NCBI RefSeq assembly: GCF_009914755.1
Contig: NC_060928.1
DNA length: 64,000 nt
Strand: one strand, 5' to 3'
Source of the DNA: the human T2T-CHM13v2.0 reference genome, Homo sapiens
Shown here: piece by piece, positions 1 to 11,640 of the stretch
Position numbering within the stretch: position 1 is the first letter of the stretch
Layout: the number at the start of each line of letters is the position of its first letter
The notes under the pieces: generated by a model
The model's input: only the letters and a program-made list of their open reading frames with translations
Told to the model about the DNA's origin: nothing
Database searches by the model: none
Made by a program: the position numbers and the translations under genes

Positions 1-714
1 ACTTCCCCTGTCTCCTCACTCACTCTTCTCAACCTAGCTAGACAGCTCCTCTTTCACCTGTGAGAACACATACTCTTTTGAATGCCCATGTTTGGTTGCA
101 TCTGTGTCTAGCTGTATGCACTCTACGAATAAGGGTGAAAATGACTTTGAATCTCTGTATGGCAGTGTTCAGTCCATAAAACTTAACAGGAACTGGGTCA
201 CCTTAAATTCAGTCTTCTTTCCCCTCTGGATTCCATTTATATTCCCTGTCAGTTCTTCACATAATGGATAGTACTGCCTAGAAAGATTTTAGTACTTTTT
301 TATTCTTAGGGAAAGAACAGTATATTTGCCTTCCTTCAGCAATGATGGCTTTTCCCCAGGCACATTCAGGAACAATCTCTTTGTCATTGAAATGTTGCCT
401 TAGAGAGTAGTCCCAGGCCAATTGGAGAAAAAGATAACATAAATTATTCTAAAATAGCAGATTCCTGACTTTTTTTGGTTAGAGGCAATTTTATGTATTT
501 TGTATAATTCACACAGAATTCTAGCTCTGAATAGCTCTCTCAAAAACAATTTCTTTACACACCAAAATTGTAACATAGGATGGCTTAGTTTTGACTTAAT
601 GACAATTGAAGGCCAGTTTACCCAGTCTATCAGGCATTGTTTTCCTCCATATTTCTTCTTTATTTAGAAAAAGTACATTCTCTAAAATTGCAAATCAATT
701 ATTCATGTTCTACC

Positions 715-900
715 ACTTCCACCTATGTGGCCATGGGCAAATAACTTCAGTTCTCCAAGCTTTGGTTTCTTCATTTGTAGAGGGATAATAATAGCACCAA
801 CCTCATAAAGTATTTTGAGGGTTAAATGAAATAAAATATGTTTAGTGCTTCATATAGTGCTAATTACATGGTTAATGCTCTACATATTAGTTGCCATTAC
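715..900 (+). mobile_element. MIR SINE fragment
   Basis: Degenerate MIR core: gggcaaataacttc...tttcttcatttgtagagggataataatagcaccaacctcata...gagggttaaatga. Confidence 0.6.
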
Positions 901-1849
901 AATTATTTTATTAATAACATTTATGTTCAATTACTGTTTCCCTGTTGGGTATTTGTTGCCCAACTTTATGTTACAGTAGGCAGTGCACCTGAGGAACCCT
1001 GTAGCTCAATTTGAACTTGGTCTGTAGCAGGGAAATTCAAGAACTCTTCCCGTAGTGCATCTAGGCTCCCTTCTATGTTTCTCTGCTAAGAGGAATTTCT
1101 GGAATATGTCATTTCATTATTTTAACTCAGTTAAATCAGTTTGTTCTGAAGGGTATTCACTGAATAAACTTGGAGCTTCATGGTCCATGTTTCATGCACT
1201 TGAAATAGGGTTGCATTCGTTTAGGATATTGCTTTTCTTTTTAAAATTAAAATTATTGCTTCTATCCTCTGTATAGTCTAATTTTTAAAGGTTGGTTAAT
1301 TTCTAGTCTTACATTTTCTTTATATGATATACAAAGTGTCTATCAGTCTGTATACAAAACCTCTCCAGGTATTTTAAACAGGAGAGGATTTAACACAGGA
1401 AATTGTTTGCAAGACCCAGTTGAGCAAAAGAAGGAAGGTTGTGTCACCCATAACCCTGAAGCCCACACAATACTGCTGAATTGCCTCTGCCTGACCGACT
1501 GCTCCTGCTGAAACTACTGGAGGCACCACCAAAACATAATGTCTTCTCCCATCTTCTCAAATGATGCAAGTGCCTCCCCCTGGCAGAACCTAGCTGCCAA
1601 TAAAGTTTGGGAAATGTAATTTTCAGTCTTCCATGCTCCATGGTTCAGGAGAGAGTATGTAAGGGTGAGAGCAGAGCTGACACCAAGAAACAATATTCAG
1701 AACACTCTGTTAAACATTTGCTTTCTTGAAGATCCAGAAGCCAGAGGTCTATAACAAGACAGATGTCCTTTTCAATTCAAATAATAATATGATTTGGATT
1801 ATCTTTAAGGACATGCTCTCCCTTCTTTTGTCTTCTCATTTAACATGCC

Positions 1850-2937
1850 TTCCCTGGAGGGTTATGTTTACTCCACAGCTTCATCTATTATTTTACCTTG
1901 TGAGGAAACCCAAATCATGGTTTCTAGCTGTCACCTTTCCTCAAGCCACAGCCCTTATTTCTAACTATGGACCAAACTACACATCTCTACACATACTCCA
2001 CAGGTACCTCCTTTCAGTCTTATCTGAGATAACACACAGAAGGGAATGATGCTGATCAGCACTTTGCCAACACTAAACCATTTGTTCCTTTCTCTTTGCC
2101 TTCAACATTTCCCAATCAGAATTACTTTTCTTACTGGACCCTTCCCTGCAAACTGGTTCCTCTTCCTGAGTTCTCTCTCTCCATAGAAGGCCACAGTCAT
2201 TCAAATTCAAAACCTGTCATCTTTATTTTTTTCCCTTTATATGCTATGACTATTCCTGTAAAAAAAATTTTGAATGTTTCACAAGTTCTTCCTCTGCTTT
2301 CCCTCGGTCCCATCCTACCTACCCACTTGTATACATGTGATTGTAAAAAATCTCACATCTAGTTTCCCTGGTTCCATTCTTCCCTTTTGCCAGTATGGAT
2401 AGTTGATATCTGCCCTACATCAGGGCATGTCATTGTCCTGTTTAAAAACCTTTGAATGTTCCCCACTGAATTCAGAATAAACTTGTCTCCTTAATCTGGC
2501 TTGTCCCTTACAGTACATCTATTCAGCCAGTGTTTCTACACGTTTCACCTTTCTCCCTGTATTGTGCATTCATTGACCCAGGATTACACCACACTCCAGA
2601 CATCTCCCTCAGCCTTGAAAGCCTTTTCCTCAGCCTCCTTGGCCATCATTTAATATCATTTGAGATTGTTCCATCCCATGTGATGTTTTCTTGATTTTCT
2701 TCTCTCTAGTTAGACTCTTCCCCTAAACTACCAAAACTTTTTGTGCTTCTTCCATTATTGAAACTATCAGAGTCTACTTTGTATTACTTATACAGTCCTC
2801 TTTATTCCTGAACTATGATTTCCTGAAGGACAAGGCCCATTATTTTCTATATACACCATTCCTCCCACCATCACCATCAAACTTTCATATATAGTGTTTT
2901 ACACATAATTGATGCTTAGTAAATGTTTGTTGACTTC
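1850..2937 (+). mobile_element. Degenerate L2 LINE 3' fragment
   Basis: Pyrimidine-rich L2-like motifs (tttaaaaacctttgaatgttccccactgaattcagaataaa) ending in L2-type cttagtaaatgtttgttga; boundaries approximate. Confidence 0.45.
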
Positions 2938-3605
2938 AGTTGTCGGCGTAACTGCACGTGCACACACACAATTTTTACTAAGTGTGTGATGTACGGGATT
3001 GCAAATCTAGGGAAGCTGGAAAGCTTGAAAATGTAAAGAAGAATCATTGGGTAAAACATCAAGTTTCCTTTTAAATTACCTATGCCTTTGACGGCATTCA
3101 TAGACTTTATCATGGAACTTTGTATTTGATGTACTGCACCAAGTTATTTTAAGTCTGTAGCCCAAAACACCTTGTGATTTATTTGGTTTTATGTTCATAT
3201 ACATAAAATAAATTTGATCACCTTCTCCTTACTTACTGCCACCCACTCCCTTGATCTAACTGACTGGGACTCTTCTTTCTGATTTACCTATTCTTATGAC
3301 TAGCATTAGTTGCACAGGCTCAAAATCATTGTGTATTCCTAATTTCTTTTTCATGCTCAGCACCCCGTCACCTATCCATTTGGTAATTAAGGCTTTCTCT
3401 TTACTAACATGTTTTCAGATTTTATTTTGTGCCAGAAGTACACTGAGAATTGTGTATGCATTCTCATTTGATTTTCACCACAGCTCTGTGATGAGTGTAT
3501 ATCCCCATTTTTTAGTTGAAAACTGTCAAGTCTCAGGGAGTGATTTGTTGGAGGGTTGTACACCTGTTTGAAGTAAAACAATCAAGAGCCTTATCTATAG
3601 TGTCC

Positions 3606-4609
3606 TTTTATTTATTTATTCATTTATTTTTTTTACTTTAAGTTCCAGGATACATGTGCAGAACGTGCAGGATTGTTACATAGGTACATGTGTACCATGG
3701 TGGTTTGCTGCACCTATTGACCCATCCTTTAAGTTCCCTCCCCTTGCCCACCACCCTCCAACAGGCCGTGGTGTGTGTTGTTCCCCTCCCTGTGTCCACG
3801 TATTCTCACTGTTTAACTCCAACTTATGAGTGAGAACATGCAGTGTTTGGTTTTCTGTTCCTATGTTAGTTTGCTGAGGATGATGGCTTCCAGCCTCATC
3901 CATGTCTCTGCAAAGGACATGACCTCATTCCTCTTTATGGCTGCAAAGTATTCCATGGTGTATATGTACCACACTTTCTTTATCCAGTCTATCATTGATG
4001 GGCATTTGGGTTGGTTTCATGACTTTGCTATTGTAAATAGTGCTGCAATAAGCATACATGTGCATGTGTCTTTATAATAGAATGATTTATATTCCTTTGG
4101 GTATATACCCAGTAATGGGATTGCTGGGTCAAATGGTATTTCTGGTTCTAGATCCTTGAGGAATCACCATACTGTCTTCCACAATGGTTGAACTAATTTA
4201 TATTCCACCAACAGTGTAAAAGCATTCCTATTTCTCCACAGCTTCGCCAGCATCTATTGTTTCTCTTTTTTTTAATAATCGCCATTCTGACTGGCCTGAG
4301 ATGGTATCTCATTGTGGTTTTGATTTGCATTTCTCTAATGATCAGTGATGTTGAGCTTTTTTCATGTTTGTTGGTCATGCAAATGTCTTCTTTGGGGAAG
4401 TGTTTGTTCATATCCTTTGCCCACTTTTTGATGGAGTTGTTTGTTTTCCTCTTGTAAATTTGTTTAAGTTCCTTGTAAATTCTGGATATTAAACCTTTGT
4501 CAGACAGGCAGATTGCAAAAAATTTCTCCCATTCTGTAGGTTGCCTGTTCACTCTGATGATAGTTTCTTTTGCTGTGCAGAAGCTCTTTAGTTTAATTAG
4601 ATCCCACTT
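3606..4609 (-). mobile_element. L1PA (L1PA10-like) 3' end: ORF2 C-terminus relic, 3'UTR and A-tail
   Basis: T-rich tail 3606-3635. ORF 4193-4552(-) [12 protein letters not shown]...[14 protein letters not shown] matches the L1 ORF2p C-terminus. The 3'UTR variant gggaacttaaaggatgggtcaataggtgcagc suggests L1PA10. Confidence 0.9.
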
Positions 4610-4611
4610 AT

Positions 4612-4918
4612 GAGATCTTTAATCTTATTTTAAAAACTGTGGTCATGGGAGGCTCAGATGAGTCATAAAACACATCAGGTTGGTCATTTCCTGGGCTACA
4701 TACCTTGTATAGAATAACATTATACAAATAAGTTTTTTTAGAGTTCTCGTACACTTATAATAACCGTAAAATAATAGGACCGTAGCAACCTTTCATCCTA
4801 CCTCAGTGACTTGATGTATACACTGGGAACAGCCTTCGGTCTGAGGAAGGTCAGTTGAAGTCCTTACTATACAAGTCCAAATTTTAAGGAAAATGAGTTC
4901 TGCGATGAGTTTCCTCAT
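4612..4918 (-). pseudogene. HERV-E env signal peptide / SU N-terminus relic
   Basis: Minus strand from ATG 4918 reads MRKLIAELIFLKIWTCIVRTSTDLPQTEGCSQCIHQVTEVG*, then after a frameshift YKVCSPGNDQPDVFYDSSEPPMTTVFKIRL, matching the remembered HERV-E Env N-terminus. Confidence 0.8.
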
Positions 4919-7869
4919 GCTTCGGCCATGCGTGGACCAGTCAGCTTCTGGGTGTGACTGGAGCAGGGCTTGTCGTCTTCTTCAGAGTCACTTTGCAGGG
5001 GTTGGCGAAGCTGCTCTCATCCACGTACAGCTCCCAGTCTACTGATGTTTAAGGGTGGTCTCAGAGGTTGGGCCTATTAGAATAAACTGAGTCTAATACC
5101 TCTACACAGTTATGTTCAACTGGGCTCTCTAATACCGAGAGCAAGGTGGCAGGGTCAGGGTGTTGTAAACTTCAATGGTTATGCAGGGATTTTCACAGAG
5201 CAAGCTTTGATATCTAGTTAGTCTAGCATTCATTGGCTAGTAATGTCCTTTGGTATTTATTAAAGTCACCACAGCATGGGGGGACTTTATGTTTAGGTTT
5301 TGCCTAAGAGTTAGCTTATCTGCTTCTTGTGCTAACAGGGCCATTGCTGCTAACGCCCTTAGACATGGGGGCCAGCCTTTGGAAACCCTGTCTAGTTGTT
5401 TTTTTTAGAGATAGGCCACTGGCCCTTGGCCAGGGCCCTACAGTCTGGGTTAAAACTCCAACTGCCATTTTTTTTCTGACACGTAGGTTGTAAAGGGTTT
5501 TGTCAGCTCAGTTAGCCCCAGGGCTGGGGCTGACATGAGTTTTTCTTTTAACTCATGAAAAGCTTGTTGCTGTTGGTTGTAATAGATGTAGTTTATCTAA
5601 ACTACATTTTTATTAACTGTCACCCACTAAAATATTGACTTAAATCCTGTAGCTATTTGATTTTAAGCTTTAAATTGATCTGGTATTCCTTGTGGGGCCC
5701 CAATTGCATCTAAATAGATACGAGAGTTGAAAGACCTATAAGGGGCTTCTCTCACTTTACGATGTCTTATTTTTTTCTCCTTCTGGTTGATGAAATGCCA
5801 GGGTGAAAGGGATAGCCAAATGGACTAAAGCACAAGTGCCATGCTAGTTATTCGGCAGAGTGCCCAGTAAAGGTCCACGACAATACCACCACACATCCGT
5901 TCAGGGATGAACAAGGGCTGACTGATTGATAAGCTCTTGAAAATTCTTAAACTCATCACATCCTTTCAGGTCTCTAAGGAATGCTGTTTCCTCCCTGTCG
6001 TGAGAGACACGAAGTGAATTTAGTGTTGGGAGATGGAAGCTGGATGGCCCTCGGGGGCTGACCCGCAGGGTGCCGGACTTCGGGATATAGCAGAGAGAGC
6101 TTGGCATGACTTATTACTCCAGGCTATAGAATCCTGGAAAAGAGCTACCATGCAGCCTATGCCTGGTCGACTGGAGGACCACCTTAGTGGAGCGGGGGAC
6201 AATCTGGGCCTCTGGCCTGCCATGTGCACAAGCATAACAATTGCTTTTGTTTAACGTGCAGATGGAATATTTGATCCATTTTAACCAGGCATTTGCATCT
6301 TGGTATCCTGTCTTAATTGCTAAAGTTTGTTTTAAGTCTTTAACTTCTATGATCCTCTAGTAAAATGAATGTATGATTTTTATACCAGATAAGCTAAATT
6401 TTACCTTTATATTAGTGTGTTATTAATGTTAAACTTAATTTTAATAAAATCTTGTAGACATATTTATCCAATTTTTAATGTTTGAGCATAAGGTAAGATT
6501 TTATAGACTCTTTTTAATCTTTTATAATTTTTGCTAAAGAGCAGGTTGGTGATTTAGGAAAAGCCTGCTATGCTTTTATTTTAATGGCCAGTTTACAGAA
6601 AAACTGCATGATACCTCTTTAACTTTAGCCAATGTTTACACATGGAATTTTCTTTCTAATTAACATTTTAAAACTTGATTAAACCTTTAAAACAAAATAT
6701 ACATATTTTTAACCTTTTAATGTAGGTAAAAATTTATATTTTTATGCCTTCTTATAATTCTTTTATCAAAAGTATATTTTATTTTCTTTATACACCTTGC
6801 ACATAAACTGTTTTGTTTTGTTTTTGTTTTTGTTTTACATTCAGGAGGCCTAGCTACTTTTAAATTATACAACATTTCTTGCATAAATTCTTTTTTATAA
6901 CATTTTTATAACATTTTTTCTCTTTCACAACTTTCGCCGACAATTCTTTGACATGCTTTAACTTTCTGACTTATTACAAATATTTTTTTCTTTAAACAAC
7001 CAGTTAATTTATTTCAGGGCAAGAATTTACCATATAATACTCTTTTTACATAAATCCCGCCCCCCCTTTTTTTCTTTTCTTTTTCTTTTGAAGATGATAA
7101 CTATTCTTTCTAAAGCGAACTTCTTTTATGTCTGTGGGCTAGGCTGTCTGAGGCCACAAGAATAGAAGTTAGTATAATACATGTTACACTGTTAACTTTT
7201 AGCAAACTTTACTTTTGTTGAAAACCTTGTAAGTTTGGGATTTTAATTATCCTTTGCTATTAATAAGACCTTGTTTTGTCCAAATTAATTTAGAATTGGT
7301 ATAGATGGCTTTTTTTTTTTTTTTCCTAACGGAATAGCCTCATACCTTAAGATTTTTGAGTTAGTAAGCTGCTTTTTTGCTTTTTTGATTTAGGATACTT
7401 CTGAACTGAACTAGTGAGGTGTGCTCACGATGAGGTTTCCTCTAAAAGTTATTTTTGTTTTATTTTTTTTCTGTTAACAAAGCAGTTGCCGCTACAGACT
7501 GAATGCATTTGGGCCATCCACGGGTTACTGGGTTAAGGATTTTTGATAGGAAGGCCTCAGTGCTTTCAGGATACGCCATTGTTTACACTGACAATGAAGT
7601 GGTATTGGAGCATTATAGGGTTACAGAGAATACTTTCAATTATCAATTACAGGTTTTAAATTTACTTTGGCTTTTAAAGGAATAAGGTACACTGTTTTTT
7701 TTCTTAACTACTTATATATATATCTCTCTTTCTCTCTTTCTTTATCTCTTTGACTTTGTCTCTCTCTGACTTTCCTTTTGCCTCTGTCTCTTCCTCTCTC
7801 TCTTCTCGCTTATTCTGCAGTTCTCTCAACCACTGTGGAGAGCTCTAAAACCAGCTCTCCAAGCGTATA

Positions 7870-8135
7870 TGTATAGAACCAGTAACCAAACGTCTATGTA
7901 CAGAAACTGGTCTGGGTGCCCTGGCTTTACAGGTTACCTTGGGCCATACCTTTGAAACAAGAGACCTGTCCAGGCTTCTTTCTGATGGCCAACTTACCTT
8001 CAATGCTGGCCAGTCTACTTTACACAAAGTTTTAAGTTTTCCTGTGTCATAGTACTCCATAGTCTCCTTTAAATCCTTTCTTGAAATTTTTCAATGTATT
8101 TCCTAGTAGGGTCAGCTTATCTGTGCCTGACCCAT
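7870..8135 (-). pseudogene. HERV-E gag matrix (MA) relic
   Basis: ATG at 8135 gives MGQAQ (gammaretroviral MG start); frameshifted pieces LKNFKKGFKGDYGV and GKLKTLCKVDWPALKVSWPSERSLDRSLVSKVW. Confidence 0.8.
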
Positions 8136-8224
8136 GCTTCTTCGAGGCAAAACACCATGCTCACACCACACACACACCACAAAGCAAAGAACGGGTAAAA
8201 AGGCACACACACACTTTTGCAGTT

Positions 8225-8665
8225 TACACCAAACCAAAATCAAAACCAAAATCAGAGTATCCAGAAATCCAAGCCAGGTCAAAACCAAAACCAAAGTATC
8301 AAGCAATCCAAGTCAAGTCAAAAAGAAAAACCAAAGTGCCAGTACAGGCACACCGTGGGTGATCAGGCCACGCTTCCACTCAAATGGAGTAGGCAAGTTC
8401 CCAAGACCAGTCCTGTCAAGTAATCAAACCAAGTCAAAACCAAAACCAAAATCAAAGTGCCGATAAAGGCATGCCATGGGTGATCAGGCCACGCTTCCAC
8501 TCAAATGGAGTGGGCAAGTTCCCAAGACTGGTGCTGTCAAGCAATTCAAACCAAGTCAAAACCAAAACCAAAACTAAATCAAAGTGCCGATAAGGGCACG
8601 CCATGGGTGATCAGGCCACGCTTCCACTCAAATGGATGGAGTAGGCAAGTTACAAAGACTAGTCT
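8225..8665. repeat. Three ~121-127 bp tandem repeats in the ERV 5' leader
   Basis: gatcaggccacgcttccactcaaatgga recurs at 8361, 8482 and 8609, each preceded by aaaccaaaaccaaa...gtgcc. Confidence 0.85.
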
Positions 8666-8911
8666 TACCAAGTTTCAGATGTCTGGACTCCAAGTACCAG
8701 TTCCTTCCCAGTATTCAGCCACTGCGTCGATCCTCCACAGGGGCCTGCCACACACTGCTCTGGTGAGGCATCCCACCGGGGCAAATGCCTACCCGGGAGC
8801 GCTCTCAGGATCCATGTCGCTTGGGCTGGTCGGAGTCCCTCGCAGGGATGTTCCACAGGGCAGGCTTAAGCCGCCTAAGGAGCTGCATCGACCATCTGCC
8901 AATCACCTCGC

Positions 8912-8929
8912 TTCCCGGTCAGGGAACCA
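8912..8929 (-). promoter_or_regulatory. Retroviral primer-binding site, tRNA-Glu
   Basis: Minus strand TGGTTCCCTGACCGGGAA is complementary to the tRNA-Glu 3' end and lies 5 nt inside the LTR boundary. Confidence 0.9.
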
Positions 8930-8934
8930 AGAAA

Positions 8935-9424
8935 TGTAGCAGGAGGAGCCGCAGACAAAACTCCTCAGACACGGAGTTAAAGAAGGAAGTGGTTTATTCG
9001 GCCAGGAGCATCGGGCAAGACTCCTGTCTTAAGAGCCAAGCTCCCCAAGTGAGCAATTCCTGTCCCTTTTAAGGGCTCACAACTCTAAAGGGGTCCGCGT
9101 GAGAGGGTCGTGATGGATTGAGCAAGCAGGGGGTAGTTGACTGGGGGCTGCATGCACCGGTAATCAGAACGAAACAGAACAGGACAGGGATTTTTACAGA
9201 GCCTTTCCATACAATGTCTGGAATCTATAGATAACATAACCGGTTAGGCCATTGGTCGATCTTTAACTACCAGGCTTAGGTCAGGCAAGCCCAGGCCTGG
9301 TTTCAGGTCTGGTTCCTTGGTTTTGGGTCTGGTTCCTAGGCGCCGGGCTACCTGCCTTTAGTTTCGCTTCTCTTCCCTTTTCTGAGTATAAAACAATATG
9401 AAAAGGTCTGTCTCTCTTCTCTCA
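8935..9424 (-). mobile_element. HERV-E 5' LTR (LTR2B-like)
   Basis: Minus strand begins TGAGAGAAGAGAGACAGACC and ends CTGCTACA (TG...CA); AATAAA present; adjacent PBS; many CpGs retained. Confidence 0.85.
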
Positions 9425-10624
9425 AGGTCACTCTTCTGTAGGGCTGCTGTGGTTTGCTGGGGGTACACTTCAGGGCCTATTCATCTGGTTTGCTCCCGCG
9501 CTTAGAGATGTTACTCAAGGAGGCTGAAGAACAGCAAAGATGGATGCCTTCTTCTTCATCTGGGATCTCGGACCCCAAGAGGCACCAACCTGATGCCAGT
9601 AGGATCATTCCTGTACAGGGTGCCTGACAAACCCTGTTAGAGGATCTCACCCAGTTGGGTGGCATGGGGAACAGGACCCATTTAAGGCAGCACTTTGACT
9701 GTCCCTTTTGGAGGGGGTGAGCTTCGCTGGGGGGAAAACCATTTATCTGGTCTATCCAGATTCCTCAGAACTACTGGAGGAAAGGCTAACTCTGCTGGTC
9801 TGCAGAGACTATGGCCAACCCTCCCACTAAGGGAGGCCCAGGGAGGCTAGGGTTCTGTCCCTGAGACTCAGGCTAGAGTTGTTGGAGTTCCTGCAGGGAG
9901 GCCCCACCCAGTGAGAAAGGATGGGTCAGGGTCAGGCCTGAAGAGGTGCTCTGGCCACATTCTGCCACAGACAGTGTGTTGGGCTTTAGGGAACACTTCT
10001 TGGGGATCAAGCTCTCCAGCCTCCCTGGCTCCGGCAGTGGAAAAGCATGGCCTGGAGCTATAGAGCTGGATGCTACCCTTCCCTCACCCAGGGAGCTTAG
10101 CGTGTTAGATGGTAATGAGTCCCAGTGCTGGCTGCTGCCCCTTCCCCCAAGGAGCTCAGATGGCTTAGGCAGCAGGCAGCTGCAGCTGTGGTACTGGTCA
10201 CCCCTCCCTTTGGGAGCTCAGCAGGCTGAGGCAGATTCCAGCGGAGAGGCTGTTGAGAATCTGCATGGCTCTAGTGTTGGGACCCTAGGCCCCAGTGGCG
10301 TAGGTTTGCAAGTGGGATCTTCCAATCTGTAGGTTGCAAGTTCTGTGGAAAAAGCATGGTTTCCCCAGCTGGGTAGCATGCTCACTCACCAATTCCCTTG
10401 GCTGGGGTGTGGGGGTCCTGCAGCCCTGTGTGGCTCTCAGGTGGGCCACTAGACCACACTGCTTTTCCTTCCTGACCGTTATTATGTCAGCCACCTAGTC
10501 AGTTCTGATGAGAGAATCTGGATACCTTGGTTGCCAGTGAAGGAGTCACACACTAATTATCATTCTTTTTGATGTGAGCCTCTGATTGCTGCTGTTACTA
10601 GTTGTCCATCTTGGTCCCACCCAT
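9425..10624 (-). mobile_element. L1PA 5'UTR (older L1PA8-13 type), probably the 5' part of the element at 3606-4609
   Basis: GC-rich antisense L1 5'UTR motifs (gggctgctgtggtttgctgggg, gaggctgaagaacagcaaaga), ending in ccatcttgg (minus-strand CAAGATGG YY1 start). Confidence 0.75.
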
Positions 10625-10952
10625 CCTATCTGTAGCTTTCAAGTGTTTTCTAACATATCATTCTGTATTGTTTATTAGAAAAACACACAGGTCTATACAG
10701 AGTAGAGGATTTTCGTTGTATAATTTTGAGAACAAAATGCCAATTGATGTCTAATATTAACCTTACAAATATATATATATATATGCACACACAGAAATAC
10801 ATATTTACACAAATATGTGTGTGTAAATATATATATAATATATATAAAACACACATATATGTAACTCATATATATTAGGCTTTATGCATTCAATTTTACT
10901 ACATGTTAAATATCTTGAGGACCCTGAAGGAGATATAAGATGTGGTTTCTAC

Positions 10953-11640
10953 TGTAGGGGTGGAAAGGTGTGATAACTTTCTTCCCTATCATAAGGGTCA
11001 TGGCTGACACTCCTATAATAAAAGACAGGTTGACAAGACAAAAACATAACAAATTTAATCAAAGTTCTGCATGACATGGGAACCTGAAGACCCAAAGACC
11101 CAGGGAAAAAACATCTGTTTTTCTGCTTAGATTTGAAGATTTGACAGCCATGTAGAAATGTAATTACACAAAGGGTATGATCTAATGGTAATAGACTGAG
11201 GGGAGAAACATAGCAAAACCCGCCTGTTCGGATTCTTCTTGGTCTCTTTGTATAGTATTTCTTCTTCTTTGATATACAGCAGGACCCCTCTGGAATGAGG
11301 GTCTTATGATCTAGACAAGGTAGGTCAGAGAATTTCTTTATAGCCAGCTCCTACACAGAACGTGGAGGGTTGGGGGTTGTTGGAGTAACTGATCTAGGTT
11401 TCATGGCTGGTTTTGAGGAAGAGGGATTCTAGTGTCCATAACTCATCTTTGAGAAGAGGAATTCTAATTTCTGTGGCCTGCTTTGTGGGAGAAAGGTGAG
11501 TGGAAGCCATCAAGGCATGAGGAAGTCAAAGAGAGACTTTCCTTCTGAGGCTGCTTCTGAGGCCTTCCAATCTCCTATAGTTCAAAGTACTCAGCACGCC
11601 GAAGTGCCGTAATTTGGGGTATCATTTTCTGACCCCAACA
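10953..11640 (-). mobile_element. MER39-like ERV1 solo LTR
   Basis: Minus strand starts TGTTGGGGTCAGAAAATGATACCCCAAA and ends CCCCTACA; similar to the LTR at 49485. Confidence 0.65.

Larger units (their letters stand above)
4610..8934 (-). mobile_element. HERV-E / Harlequin-type endogenous retrovirus internal region, 3'-truncated
   Basis: tRNA-Glu PBS next to an LTR2-family LTR; gag matrix relic and env N-terminal relic on the minus strand; AT-rich non-coding middle with no pol ORF seen; no 3' LTR. Confidence 0.85.

Noticed and set aside
8340-8660. Regularly spaced ~30-bp repeats superficially like a CRISPR array
   Set aside because: The intervening sequences are themselves homologous (tandem units), the context is a primate ERV, and there are no cas genes
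8912-8929. tRNA-Glu 3'-end match
   Set aside because: Only 18 nt and adjacent to an LTR: a primer-binding site, not a tRNA gene
8081-8939. Overlapping + strand ORFs rich in KPK/QNQ/KTK (up to 144 aa)
   Set aside because: Antisense readings of the aaacc-rich tandem repeats in the ERV leader; low complexity, no gene structure
9946-10494. 128-aa and 69-aa ORFs
   Set aside because: They lie in the GC-rich L1 5'UTR, where stop-poor frames are common; no similarity to a protein I recognise
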